Below are positions 28,132 to 38,725 of a stretch of DNA of 64,000 nucleotides, piece after piece. Position numbers and translations under genes: made by a program. Each line of letters begins with the position of its first letter. The stretch's first letter is position 1. Under the pieces are notes generated by a model. It did no database searches, was not told where the DNA came from, and saw only the letters and a program-made list of their open reading frames with translations. Source of the DNA: an uncultured virus (IMG/VR IMGVR_UViG_3300020048_000013) (Duplodnaviria > Heunggongvirae > Uroviricota > Caudoviricetes); the IMG/VR virus record IMGVR_UViG_3300020048_000013; one strand, 5' to 3'.

Positions 28132-30062
28132 TATTCGTTGCCACCTTCAATACCAGTTTCTTTTTTATATTGTATTTTATCAGCATTATAACAATCTTTG
28201 CATATAATATCATGACTATTATAACCAAACTTAATTCCTAACCACTTACCAAAATCGTTTCTCAAAGGTTTTTTGAAGTCTTCGGATTTTATTAAAGTTC
28301 TACATTTAATACATCTAGCCATATTGAAATCGTGTGTACATTTTGAACAAACAAATTCGTTTGAATTAGATTTATATCTCGTCATTCTGTCAGCCAAATC
28401 GTCTGTATTACATATCTTACATTTTATTACATATTTGCTACAAAATTCACATACAAACACATCGCCATTATTTATTTTTATAGCCTTATCTCCAGGAGAA
28501 ACATATCCACAATTATAACAAGTTATATATTTTAAATCATTATAACATTTTTTACATACCCTGCGACCATCCCTACCATTATACATGTAATCTTTATATT
28601 TTATTTTATTACACGAAACACAAGTATCATAATAATTATGGACACATCTGTTACATATTTTAGAACCCCCATAACCATCATCAGATTCGACTGTTTTAGA
28701 ATCGTCAATTGATTTATAATATCCGCATGATTTACATTTGAAATACTTAGTATCCAAACAAGATTTACATACATTTCTATTATTTACTTGAAATACTTCA
28801 TCTCTTTTTATATAAGAATTACAATCGTCACATCTTCTATATTTTTGTATACAACATATATCTTCTTGATATTTAGAATAAACACATACTTTTTTTACTT
28901 TAAGTTTGTCGGAATTTTCGTTTATTTTTCTGATATCATTTCCAGAAAAATTTTCATGACAATCATCACAAGAAGCATATTTTAAATTAAAACATTTTTC
29001 ACAAACATAAAATCCATAATATAATTTTGTCGCAGTGTCGGGAGATATAGGAGTTCCACAAGATCCGCATAAATGTTTTTCAAAAAGACTAATTCTCCAT
29101 TTTTCATTATAACCATCATTATATCTCAACATAACAGAAGCACCGTTAGAGTGTCTCAATTCTTTAATATGTCTGGCGTTATCTGGTAAATTATTACTAA
29201 TAATCAATTTATCATCAATATCATATCCGTGTAAAAAAGTGTCCATATAAGGAAAAACTTTAACTTCGTTTGGATGTTTATTAAAATGAAATTCTACAAT
29301 TCTATCTTTTTCGGATATTTTTGTGTAATCGTTAGGACCCATTCCATTTCTGTAATAATATCCTTTATGTCTTGCCCAAGATATAAATTTTGCATGAACT
29401 TCTTCACTTTTTGAAGGATATGTTCTGTCTAAATAAGGAGCATCTAATCCAACAACATTATGCCATAATAAAGCTCTTCCGATTATTTTATTACTTTTAC
29501 CAGGAGCAGCACGATTTTTCATTAATACTAGTTGAATATTAGATTCTTTGTCTATTCCTGTTAATATTTTTTTGGTTATCCCCTGTTCTATTCTTCCGTT
29601 ATCAGTCACGCAAGAACCAACTCCATCATTATAAGCATCAATATATCCTTGTTCTATATCATCTCTTATTTGAATCTCGAAATCAAATGCCGCATCAGAA
29701 TCCATTGTTAATATATTTAATTCTGATATTAATTTTTGAACGTTATGATCTTTAACAACATCTATATTAGGAAAAATCATTTTTAAAACTTTACCGATTC
29801 CCTTTACTGAAGTAACTCGTTCCCTTCCTAAATTATCTATTTTTACTATATCTAATGTTCCAGGAGTGTTTGTTAGTCTTATTTCTTTTATTTTATCTTC
29901 TTCTGGTAGTTTGTATCCGTAGATATTTAATATTTGTTCAAATGTTTTTGAAACTTTAATAGCTTCGTTTAACATAAGACCGCCTTGTTCAACTAACAAT
30001 TCTAATATAATATTTTTTGTATTATCTTCAAAAAAGGTATAATCTTTTAAAATTTTATTCAT
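28131..30062 (-). CDS. Paralogue-array protein: one domain plus long CxxC array
   Basis: MLNEA, GSCVT, GRALLW, DRTYP, FPYMDT. Confidence 0.8.
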   Translation of the reverse strand: MNKILKDYTFFEDNTKNIILELLVEQGGLMLNEAIKVSKTFEQILNIYGYKLPEEDKIKEIRLTNTPGTLDIVKIDNLGRERVTSVKGIGKVLKMIFPNIDVVKDHNVQKLISELNILTMDSDAAFDFEIQIRDDIEQGYIDAYNDGVGSCVTDNGRIEQGITKKILTGIDKESNIQLVLMKNRAAPGKSNKIIGRALLWHNVVGLDAPYLDRTYPSKSEEVHAKFISWARHKGYYYRNGMGPNDYTKISEKDRIVEFHFNKHPNEVKVFPYMDTFLHGYDIDDKLIISNNLPDNARHIKELRHSNGASVMLRYNDGYNEKWRISLFEKHLCGSCGTPISPDTATKLYYGFYVCEKCFNLKYASCDDCHENFSGNDIRKINENSDKLKVKKVCVYSKYQEDICCIQKYRRCDDCNSYIKRDEVFQVNNRNVCKSCLDTKYFKCKSCGYYKSIDDSKTVESDDGYGGSKICNRCVHNYYDTCVSCNKIKYKDYMYNGRDGRRVCKKCYNDLKYITCYNCGYVSPGDKAIKINNGDVFVCEFCSKYVIKCKICNTDDLADRMTRYKSNSNEFVCSKCTHDFNMARCIKCRTLIKSEDFKKPLRNDFGKWLGIKFGYNSHDIICKDCYNADKIQYKKETGIEGGNE

Positions 30063-30681
30063 GCTTTCCTTTTAAAAAATTTGAATATATATCATCTTCT
30101 CTATAATCTATGCTATCGCCATAATCATTATATCGATTGCGTCTTTTGTTTCCATATTCCAAATAATTTCCTCTGCCATCAATTATATGCCAAGTAGCAT
30201 ATTTTCCATCTGGGAAAATGCTTGCATTGGATATCATTACTTCTCCATTGACTTCTCTTGCTTTATCTAGAACATCAAAATGAGGAACACATTCCAATTC
30301 TTTCGCTGATGCTTTGAAATTATAATATAAATCATTGTGGCGATATCCATTAATATGACGATATCCATTTTCTATCATATATCTATTCATCAAAAAATAA
30401 ACATCTCTATTATAAAGCAATCTCATATGATCCACAATAGGAACATTTGCTCCTCTCAAGTTTTTCCACAATATAGCTCTTCCAGCAAATTTATCATCAT
30501 TTTTATTTCGAATCCAAATCATTCTGACATCATCATTTCTTTTCAATATATCGAACATTTTATCAATTCTGCCCTCTAAAATGACATTAGTCCAGCACGA
30601 CGGAACTCCGCCTTTATCGCTATCTAGAAATACTTTTCTAAATTCTTTATTTTCTTCTATATAATACAAATCGTCATTCAT
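30055..30681 (-). CDS. Paralogue-array protein: stand-alone variant domain
   Basis: SCW, GRAILW, PHFD; close to the C-terminal half of 30685-31938. Confidence 0.75.
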   Translation of the reverse strand: MNDDLYYIEENKEFRKVFLDSDKGGVPSCWTNVILEGRIDKMFDILKRNDDVRMIWIRNKNDDKFAGRAILWKNLRGANVPIVDHMRLLYNRDVYFLMNRYMIENGYRHINGYRHNDLYYNFKASAKELECVPHFDVLDKAREVNGEVMISNASIFPDGKYATWHIIDGRGNYLEYGNKRRNRYNDYGDSIDYREDDIYSNFLKGKHE

Positions 30682-30684
30682 TTA

Positions 30685-31938
30685 TTAACCTTTTAATATT
30701 TNNNNNNNNNNTTTTGAATATATATCGTCTGCAGTATATTCTTCATTGGCATATCTTTTCGTTAAAGGATTGCCGTCTGCTCTATATAAATCCCAAGTAT
30801 ATCTTTTTCCGTCTGGGAACGTGCTGGTATTGGCTAACATAAGTTCTCCATTCACTTCTCTAGCTTTATCCATAGTATCAAAATGAGGGAGACATTTTAC
30901 TTCTTCTGCTGTTGCGTGAAAATTATAATATAGATTCCCTTCATATCTACCAATTTCTTTATATCCTTTATTTTTCATATAATCATATATAAAAGATTTT
31001 TCGTTATAATCTGCTGTTCTTAATTGATCTACAAGAGGAGTTTTTGCACCATCTAAATTCAACCATAATATAGCTCTGCCTCTCAGTTCTCCATTTTTCT
31101 TCAGTCTCATTTCAATCATTCTAACATCATCGTTTTTATCCCAAACTTTTATCATTTCGTCAGCAAGGCCATGTCTCATTACATCAACCCAACAAGACCC
31201 TCTTGCGTATTCTATAAATACTTTTTTATAATTTTTCGTTTCTGTTATATCATATGGAGATGGTCTTTCTATATCAACTTTATTATCTATAGCATATTTT
31301 AATTCGTTTATCATTCGTTCTACTTCTTTATCTGATCCGTCAGTCAAGATATTTGGGAATAAATATTTCAACATTTTTCCGACAGGTAATTTTACGTGAA
31401 CAAATTTACCAACACCTTCTAGTTTAGCATCCATCAATCCTTTATCTTCAGCATATAATAAAGTCACCAATGGTTTGTTATTAATTTTGACTTCTTGAGG
31501 AATAACATATCCATTTTTTTTCAGAATTTCTTCTATTTTTGGTTCTATCTGCACAGACTCGTTTAACATAGAAAAACTTTCATTCATTTCTTCGGTTTCA
31601 AATTCTGCTTCTATTTCTTCTTCTCCCTCTGCACAATTTTGACACATTTCTCCACCATCAGTCATCACCATTTCGGAATTGTTGAATGTATTTCCGCAAT
31701 TAACACAAACAAATTTAGAAAAAGAATTTTTATAATCTTCGGTATCTTTACAATAATTACAAATATTGTATAATTCTCCATCTATTTTAAATTCTTCAAT
31801 GTTTTCATCTGGAACCATGCCGTGATGTATATCGCATTTTTTATAAAATTCGATACAATTACTACACACATCTCCTCCGTCAGTAGTGTTTTTATTTGTA
31901 GAATATTTTCCACAATCTAAACATTTAAATTTTTCCAT
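30685..31938 (-). CDS. Paralogue-array protein: N-terminal CxxC repeats plus variant domain
   Basis: MLNES, GSCW, GRAILW, LPHFDT; TATAAATA at 31961-31968 upstream. Confidence 0.75.
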   Translation of the reverse strand: MEKFKCLDCGKYSTNKNTTDGGDVCSNCIEFYKKCDIHHGMVPDENIEEFKIDGELYNICNYCKDTEDYKNSFSKFVCVNCGNTFNNSEMVMTDGGEMCQNCAEGEEEIEAEFETEEMNESFSMLNESVQIEPKIEEILKKNGYVIPQEVKINNKPLVTLLYAEDKGLMDAKLEGVGKFVHVKLPVGKMLKYLFPNILTDGSDKEVERMINELKYAIDNKVDIERPSPYDITETKNYKKVFIEYARGSCWVDVMRHGLADEMIKVWDKNDDVRMIEMRLKKNGELRGRAILWLNLDGAKTPLVDQLRTADYNEKSFIYDYMKNKGYKEIGRYEGNLYYNFHATAEEVKCLPHFDTMDKAREVNGELMLANTSTFPDGKRYTWDLYRADGNPLTKRYANEEYTADDIYSKXXXXILKG

Positions 31939-31980
31939 ACTTATATCCTTTTTTTATTATTATTTATAATTTTTTATATA

Positions 31981-32000
31981 AAAAAAGGGGACATGCCCCT
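31981..32000 (-). terminator. Intrinsic terminator after sheath gene
   Basis: AGGGGCATGTCCCCT followed by T-run on the minus strand. Confidence 0.7.
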
Positions 32001-32024
32001 CTCTTTAATTTTTTAATTTGATTT

Positions 32025-34115
32025 TTAAAATTCCTTAATATTAATACCCATATCGAAATTGACAATATTTATTTGGATATGTTTAATTACTCTGTTTGGT
32101 TGTAATCTAATATCAAGAACAAATTCGTTTGCGTTAATTGTTTCTGCTGTATTATTAGTTTCGTCACAAATCAACTTATAATCATATAATCCACCAATCT
32201 TTTTAAAATATTCAAATATTCCTTTTATTTTATAAAGAGTAGAGTTTCTTGTGGCTTCATTATTAAATTCAAAGAAATTGCTTCTCAAAACTGTTTTCAA
32301 TAAATGTTTTATTCTAATAACCATTCTTCTAACATTTGCTTCTTTGACTATTTCGTCAAGAGTAGTGTTGGTCATATATTCGAATAAATAATTTTTATCT
32401 TCAGTATTATCATATATTATTGCATTTATACCATTATAACTTAATAAATCTTGATTGATTGTTGAATCAAACAATAATTTTGATTGGTTATTGAATTCGC
32501 CTCTATTATAACCTGCACACGGGCTTTGTACTCCGAATATAGAATCGTTTCTACACATCATACCAGCTATATCTCCAGCGACACTAACCCAACGATATTT
32601 GTCGTTATATTTGTCATAGAATTTCTTCATTTGTCCTACTGCGAAAGTAAAACTATTAAATTCTGTTAATGCTCCGATGGAAGTATCTGTTCTTTTGTTT
32701 CCTAAATCAGAAACGACTTCTGTATTAGTATCTCCTTCTGACAATCCGATAGTAGATCTCGTCAAACCAACAATCGCAAGAGACATTTCTGTTTCTTTTG
32801 ATATTAATGGCATTGCGTTGAGATATCCTGATAATAATGAAGAATCTCCACAATCATGACCAATAAGAATTTCTGGAATAAGAAATCCGTTCGGACCAAA
32901 AACACTACTAGCAGATTCGTATAAAGTATCATAATCCACAATGTTGCTATAATCAGTATTGTTGTCTAATATTATATTTGTATATACAGAACTATTTACA
33001 TCAGCATGAAGCAGAGTATTAGTACATCCGTTACTCTTACAATATATATATTTGCTATATTTATTTATGTTAGTGTCTATATAATTACTTTTACCATTAG
33101 ATTGTTTTGATGTCGATGTTAAAGAATTTACAAAAGTCTCTACTATTTCAAAATAATCTTCTTTATTTTTTTTCAATACAATCAAACCAATTTCATTTTG
33201 AGTAAAATCTGGCTTTCTTGGAAGAATATATTCAAAAGTAAATGGGTCATAATTGCTATCATATAGAGGATTATCCATATATCTAACAACAGAATTTGTT
33301 ATCATTCCGCTCGAATTTCTTTTTTGTAATATAACGTCGGCTGTGGTTATTGTACTATCAACAGTCCACGATCCGTCATCAGATTCGAAAGTATATGCCA
33401 ATTTTTCGCTTTGTATATATACTCTATCTCCATCTGATATAACATCTGTCGAGAAAGTCCAATATCCAGTAGAACTAGTTGTTTTTGTTAAATAATATAC
33501 ATTATATGTTCCATCATCAACAACGACTCTATCTCCATTACTAAAAGAAGTTACATCACTTGGTAAGTTATTAACTTCGCTTGGATCATCTACATAAATT
33601 GTTTTAACTGCTAAAGTATTATCAAAAATATCATCTTTGGAAATTGATTGATAATATGAAGTTTCGTCTCTACATATTAAAATGGATATATCGTCTAAAC
33701 TAGTTACATATTTTTTATATATATTTAAATATCCACTAGATATATCCAAATCATCTAATGTCTGTAATGCTATTGTTTCGTTATATAAATCACCCAGAAC
33801 ATTATCGTATGTTATACTTCCTGATTGTATAGACATATAAGCATTCTCTGTAGTAGTTGCAAGAGGTCTTACAACATATAAACTGGAAGCATATTTTAAA
33901 TATCCAGAAGCATTAAACCAATCTATATAATTATAATCTGTAGGATATCCAAATATTTTTATTAATTCCGATTCAGAAGATATTTTAATCGGGGTGTTGG
34001 CAGGACCATAATCAGATTTTAACAACATTCCAACAGATGTTTCTATATTAATAGTAGCAGTTTTTTCCGCCAAAACTTGTTTTTCGTTAAATTCCATACT
34101 GCTGGCATATTTCAT
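32025..34115 (-). CDS. Tail sheath protein (gp18-like), paralogue 1
   Basis: FGYP, YDKYNDKYRWV, AGYNRG, NVRR, FEFNNEATR, ICDETNNT, LQPNRVI. Confidence 0.93.
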   Translation of the reverse strand: MKYASSMEFNEKQVLAEKTATINIETSVGMLLKSDYGPANTPIKISSESELIKIFGYPTDYNYIDWFNASGYLKYASSLYVVRPLATTTENAYMSIQSGSITYDNVLGDLYNETIALQTLDDLDISSGYLNIYKKYVTSLDDISILICRDETSYYQSISKDDIFDNTLAVKTIYVDDPSEVNNLPSDVTSFSNGDRVVVDDGTYNVYYLTKTTSSTGYWTFSTDVISDGDRVYIQSEKLAYTFESDDGSWTVDSTITTADVILQKRNSSGMITNSVVRYMDNPLYDSNYDPFTFEYILPRKPDFTQNEIGLIVLKKNKEDYFEIVETFVNSLTSTSKQSNGKSNYIDTNINKYSKYIYCKSNGCTNTLLHADVNSSVYTNIILDNNTDYSNIVDYDTLYESASSVFGPNGFLIPEILIGHDCGDSSLLSGYLNAMPLISKETEMSLAIVGLTRSTIGLSEGDTNTEVVSDLGNKRTDTSIGALTEFNSFTFAVGQMKKFYDKYNDKYRWVSVAGDIAGMMCRNDSIFGVQSPCAGYNRGEFNNQSKLLFDSTINQDLLSYNGINAIIYDNTEDKNYLFEYMTNTTLDEIVKEANVRRMVIRIKHLLKTVLRSNFFEFNNEATRNSTLYKIKGIFEYFKKIGGLYDYKLICDETNNTAETINANEFVLDIRLQPNRVIKHIQINIVNFDMGINIKEF

Positions 34116-34376
34116 TTATTCTCCTTGTGAATGTATTTCGCGTTCTATTTCGTTATCTGTTTTTGTTAAAAAACCATCTCTCTGTAATCTCTCAATAAAT
34201 TCATCACCAGAATCCGCATATGTTAAAGCATCATAAATTTCTGGTTTTAATAATTTTTTTGCAGAGAGTTCATCGTCACGAAGTATATCATATATACCTC
34301 TATAAAAATTCTCAGAACCTTTATTTATCCAAGATTCACTTATAATGTTTTCATATACGTCGTTTAAATTTTTCAT
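34116..34376 (-). CDS. Small protein with putative head-targeting N-terminus
   Basis: MKNLNDVYENIISES. Confidence 0.65.
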   Translation of the reverse strand: MKNLNDVYENIISESWINKGSENFYRGIYDILRDDELSAKKLLKPEIYDALTYADSGDEFIERLQRDGFLTKTDNEIEREIHSQGE

Positions 34377-34385
34377 AATTTATCC

Positions 34386-35033
34386 TTATACTGATACTGA
34401 ACCAGCACTATATGCTGATATAAATGTCGAAACTGCTGCTGTTAATGCTGTTCCTTCGCCCCACATTACTTCTCTGAATTCTACATCAAATGTTGCATCA
34501 AAAGTTTCAAAATCGCCAGCGCCCTGAGATTTATCCAATCCGCTAAGGTCATTGATAACACAACCAAATAACATCCAAGCAGCTATTTTTTCGCCTTTGT
34601 CATTTGTTTGCCATAATACCAATGGATATTCTATACTAGATTTTTCTCCATAAGTATTTGTTAGGTTATTTTTCTTTGCATTTAACCAAGATTCACAGAA
34701 TTTATAAGCTTTTCCGTCTATATCAGACAAAAATGTAACTTTAAATCCTGAAGGTTGTTCGTAGTCGCCAGCAAAATATGTTTTCATTCCCTGAAATTCT
34801 CTTTCAATACTTTTTACTGCCTTTCCAGGTAATGATGATGATTCTACTAAAAATTTTAAATCAGCGAAATTATCATAATTCCAAGAAAAAGTACAATACA
34901 TGAAATCCATCATAAATCTGTTTTTTCTTGTTCCGTTCTTGAAAACATTTTTAAAATTTTGTAATTGTATAAATTTGTCGGGATCAACACTCCAAGTATC
35001 TCCTGTGACATTATTTATGTTGTCGTTAGCCAT
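34386..35033 (-). CDS. Tail tube protein (gp19-like)
   Basis: GTRKNRF...FLVESSSLPG...FQG...AGD...FETFDATF. Confidence 0.88.
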   Translation of the reverse strand: MANDNINNVTGDTWSVDPDKFIQLQNFKNVFKNGTRKNRFMMDFMYCTFSWNYDNFADLKFLVESSSLPGKAVKSIEREFQGMKTYFAGDYEQPSGFKVTFLSDIDGKAYKFCESWLNAKKNNLTNTYGEKSSIEYPLVLWQTNDKGEKIAAWMLFGCVINDLSGLDKSQGAGDFETFDATFDVEFREVMWGEGTALTAAVSTFISAYSAGSVSV

Positions 35034-35053
35034 AAAAAGCTCCTTATTTTATA

Positions 35054-36877
35054 TTATTTTTCTTTATAACTCATTGTAAAACTTTCACCACTAAAATCGC
35101 CATAAAAATTTACTACAATAGTTTCGATCACCTGGTAATAACTAATAGTTATAATTATATTTATAATTTTAGTTTCTTCATCAATCTCTATATCAAGCAC
35201 ATAACTATTTATATCTACGTTGCATAAAGAATCGAGATAAATTTTCAGAACACTATATATTCTATCTTTATATCTTTCCAACGGCGGTTTGTAAGTTATG
35301 TCATTATTATTTATAATATTAGAAACATATTTTTCAATTTTATTACTAATAAGTGAATTAAATCCGTATTTAAATTTAGCCTTATTCGGTTCGCTTGTGA
35401 AATAATATTTCCAATTATTATTTAAAATATTAATTTTATTTTCTTTTAATAAAATTTCGTCTTCAAATCCGTATAGATTAATATAACTTCCGTCAGAATA
35501 ATCTATAACTTTATCAGTTATTATTGTTCCAGCCACATCTCCAGCAACTGGTATATATCTCGTTTTATCATTATATTCGTCATATTGTTTTTTGAAATTT
35601 GCGATTATTAAATTATTTCTGTTAAATATTGTATATCCCGTCGGATTTTCTGCATAAATTCCAAAATCGTTTATTATATCAGTCAATGTCGTGTAATTAT
35701 TCCACATTGCGGTAATACACATGCAAGAAGTATCTATACATTTTGTTGGAATATAATCCATACTACTATCTATTTCGCAATTTAATATCATATTAAAATC
35801 ATCCATATCAATTTCATCTACAGTCGCTTCCCAATCTGCTGGAAGAACTGATATGAAATTATAAGGAGTGTCGTCAAACATCAAAGTATTATTTATTATA
35901 GAATAATTTGTAGTATTTGCCGAACCGCTAAAATATTTTATGTAAATATGATTGGAATTAGTGTTTATATAAGTATAATAATTATCAGCATCTTCTACTG
36001 TGCTTGCTATATATTTTTCAATCAAAGAGAATAATCCAGCAGAGTTCTTTTTAAATACAAACACAGCAAATTCGCCATTATCGAAATCTGGAGTTATATT
36101 AATGAGTTGATAACATTTTTTTATCTCCCCGTCATTGTCTTGTATACCAGAATAAATTTGTCTTATGTAAGTATGAATATCATAATCTATGTAAGTATAA
36201 GTATCTAATCTTTCAACGAATAAAATTCCGCTTTTATAAATTTCTGTTTCTTCATCTTCTATATAATAACTTGCACCTTCTGATATAGATATTATACTCC
36301 AAGACAAGTTATCTGAAGGGTCGTATGTAGCAATAGCCAAATTTCCTTCCAATCCAGACCATTCACCAATAGCACCATCTGGTATTATATAAGTATCTTG
36401 GTCTTCTGGATCTGACGGTGCTTCTGTTAAAGAACGACTTATAACTTTATCTACATATTCATTAGTCAGAGGGTTTTTCCACGATGATATATTGTCACAT
36501 ATAACAACCGCAGTATCTTCTTCACTATTACAATATCTTTCTATTACGCTAAAAACACTATTTGCATCACTTGGCAAGTTATCAACATCAGCAACAGTGC
36601 TGTTATAAAAATCTGTAATAGAATTTTTAACTGGAATAACATCATCATAAATATCGAGCATTTTGCTTTCTGATAGAACAGAAAGAGGTCTCATGACATA
36701 AATAACATTTTGATATTTTAAATAATTATATATACAAAACCATGATTTATAATTTTCTTCTTGAGGTAATCCGAATTTTCTTATTAAATCGTAGGAGTTA
36801 TAAACGGCAATAGGGGAAACTGATTCCCCTACATTGCTATTCAATAATGATACTGTTATTCTGTCTTTTAATTCCAC
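35054..36877 (-). CDS. Tail sheath-like protein, divergent paralogue 2
   Basis: KFGLP, NYLKY...VMRP, YDEYNDKTRYIPVAGDVAG; shortened C-terminal domains. Confidence 0.8.
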   Translation of the reverse strand: MELKDRITVSLLNSNVGESVSPIAVYNSYDLIRKFGLPQEENYKSWFCIYNYLKYQNVIYVMRPLSVLSESKMLDIYDDVIPVKNSITDFYNSTVADVDNLPSDANSVFSVIERYCNSEEDTAVVICDNISSWKNPLTNEYVDKVISRSLTEAPSDPEDQDTYIIPDGAIGEWSGLEGNLAIATYDPSDNLSWSIISISEGASYYIEDEETEIYKSGILFVERLDTYTYIDYDIHTYIRQIYSGIQDNDGEIKKCYQLINITPDFDNGEFAVFVFKKNSAGLFSLIEKYIASTVEDADNYYTYINTNSNHIYIKYFSGSANTTNYSIINNTLMFDDTPYNFISVLPADWEATVDEIDMDDFNMILNCEIDSSMDYIPTKCIDTSCMCITAMWNNYTTLTDIINDFGIYAENPTGYTIFNRNNLIIANFKKQYDEYNDKTRYIPVAGDVAGTIITDKVIDYSDGSYINLYGFEDEILLKENKINILNNNWKYYFTSEPNKAKFKYGFNSLISNKIEKYVSNIINNNDITYKPPLERYKDRIYSVLKIYLDSLCNVDINSYVLDIEIDEETKIINIIITISYYQVIETIVVNFYGDFSGESFTMSYKEK

Positions 36878-36892
36878 AAAAACCTTATTTTA

Positions 36893-37117
36893 TTATCCAC
36901 CATATCCATTTCTAAAACCCCTAGTGAATCCTTCTTTTAATCCAACATCATACCCAATTTTCATCAAATCAATCATATGTTCTGATGTTAAGTTGTCATA
37001 ATTTAATTTGTGCGAATCCCAATACTTTTGAAATTTTATTTTTAGCATTTTTCTAATATCATTATCGCCACGTTCTTCTATAATTATTTCTTTATATGTT
37101 TCGTTTAAATTAGTCAT
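36893..37117 (-). CDS. Small protein with putative head-targeting N-terminus
   Basis: Probable start MTNLNETYKEIIIEE; GYxxG repeats. Confidence 0.65.
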   Translation of the reverse strand: MTNLNETYKEIIIEERGDNDIRKMLKIKFQKYWDSHKLNYDNLTSEHMIDLMKIGYDVGLKEGFTRGFRNGYGG

Positions 37118-37121
37118 TTTA

Positions 37122-37733
37122 TTATCCACCAAGATTTTCATCTTCTTCTTCTTCATTATCCATAGATCCGATGTCATCATAGTCATCTTCTTCTACTTCT
37201 TCTTCATCTTCTGGAATTTCTGTTTCTTCGTCTTCTGTCGGATTATCTTCCATTTCTTCTTCATTGTTTTCTACTGGAAAAGCATCCATGTTTTGATGTA
37301 TAATACTATAAACAATATCCCAATCTACTTCATCGGGATCCACATCGTTCAACATATCCGCGTTGTCGGTACATAATTCTTTTAATTCATCAGCATCTTC
37401 TGCGGATTGGATTAAAGAAGCAAATTCTCCGTCATAATTAAATATGTCGTTGGAGTCGTATTCTTTATTATATAACATTGGAATTAAATAATTCAGAACT
37501 TCGTCTGTCGGAGAATTGTCTGGTCTGTTGCGATACATTGCAACATTTGATGGATGATTCGGAGCTTTATCCAAATCATCTGGTTCTTCTGAGTCTGGAT
37601 TATATTCGTCATTACCCAATATATCCATATTATCTTCTTCGTCATCACTATATACATCGGGTTCAAATTCTTCTTTTACAAAGCATTCGCCATAACTTTC
37701 GAATATATTTTTCAATCTTTCGTCTTTTTTCAT
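37122..37733 (-). CDS. Highly acidic protein, possibly head core/internal
   Basis: D/E-rich; LKNIFESY; TATAAATA at 37756-37763. Confidence 0.6.
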   Translation of the reverse strand: MKKDERLKNIFESYGECFVKEEFEPDVYSDDEEDNMDILGNDEYNPDSEEPDDLDKAPNHPSNVAMYRNRPDNSPTDEVLNYLIPMLYNKEYDSNDIFNYDGEFASLIQSAEDADELKELCTDNADMLNDVDPDEVDWDIVYSIIHQNMDAFPVENNEEEMEDNPTEDEETEIPEDEEEVEEDDYDDIGSMDNEEEEDENLGG

Positions 37734-37765
37734 TTTATTTTTATCCTTATTCTATTATTTATATT

Positions 37766-38725
37766 TTAATCACTAATTTTATAAATTTTAAATTCGAAAC
37801 TATATCCATTATCTATACACGATTGTTTCTTTAAAATATTTTCTGTTAATTCTTTATTGTACGTATATTCTGATTTAACTTCAATTATTTTATTATCTTT
37901 TGGTATATAAAAATCTGGATAGTATCTATGCTTTTTGTCATCAATAAAAATATACCATAATTTACCTATCACATTTTGTGTGGGATGAATGATGATATTT
38001 TCTTCTCTGTTACCCAATAGAAAATATTCATTTAAAAATTTAAATTCATATCCTTGAATTTTTATAATTTTTCCACTTGGTAATATATAATCGTGTTTTG
38101 TAAATCTTTTAGTCTGTGATTTATTAAAAATTTCTTCACATTGCATTGGATAATCTGTATTATATTTTTTTCGCGATGTTTTTATTTTTTTGTTTTGATG
38201 AACAAATGATTTACTTATATTATCTACACCATATCTATCTATTAATGTATTTTTTCGTTTTTCATATACGGAATTTAATTGTCCAGTATAATCTACATTA
38301 TATTTTTCATTACATGTCTGTTTGCTTTTATTTTTTCCTTTTTCTGATTGTAATGGATAATCAACGCCAAAATTTTTATTATTTGTAATTTTGACTTTTT
38401 CTTTATATTCTGGCGTTTTCGAATATGAATCTACATTATATTTTTTAATAAAAGACAATTTTCTTTTTTTCACGATATTATATTTTTCATCATTAGTTTT
38501 ATTTTTATATGCGTCTGAAATTTTTTTCCTAAATTCCATTACACATGAAGGATTATCTACTCCATATTTTTCTTGACATGTTTTTATAGTTTTTACTGTT
38601 CTATTTTTAAAAAATATAAATTTACACGAATCAGAGCAACACGGAGTTGCTCTTTTATCCGATTCGAATGGTTTATCGCATATTTTACATTTTTTTTTAA
38701 AAATCATAATTTTATTCGATTTCAC
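37766..38725 (-). CDS. Putative homing endonuclease (KYGVD-type repeats plus PD-(D/E)xK domain)
   Basis: Repeated KYGVDN/KYNVD modules; QGYE...YYPDFYIPKDNKIIEVKS. Confidence 0.8.
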   Translation of the reverse strand: MKSNKIMIFKKKCKICDKPFESDKRATPCCSDSCKFIFFKNRTVKTIKTCQEKYGVDNPSCVMEFRKKISDAYKNKTNDEKYNIVKKRKLSFIKKYNVDSYSKTPEYKEKVKITNNKNFGVDYPLQSEKGKNKSKQTCNEKYNVDYTGQLNSVYEKRKNTLIDRYGVDNISKSFVHQNKKIKTSRKKYNTDYPMQCEEIFNKSQTKRFTKHDYILPSGKIIKIQGYEFKFLNEYFLLGNREENIIIHPTQNVIGKLWYIFIDDKKHRYYPDFYIPKDNKIIEVKSEYTYNKELTENILKKQSCIDNGYSFEFKIYKISD

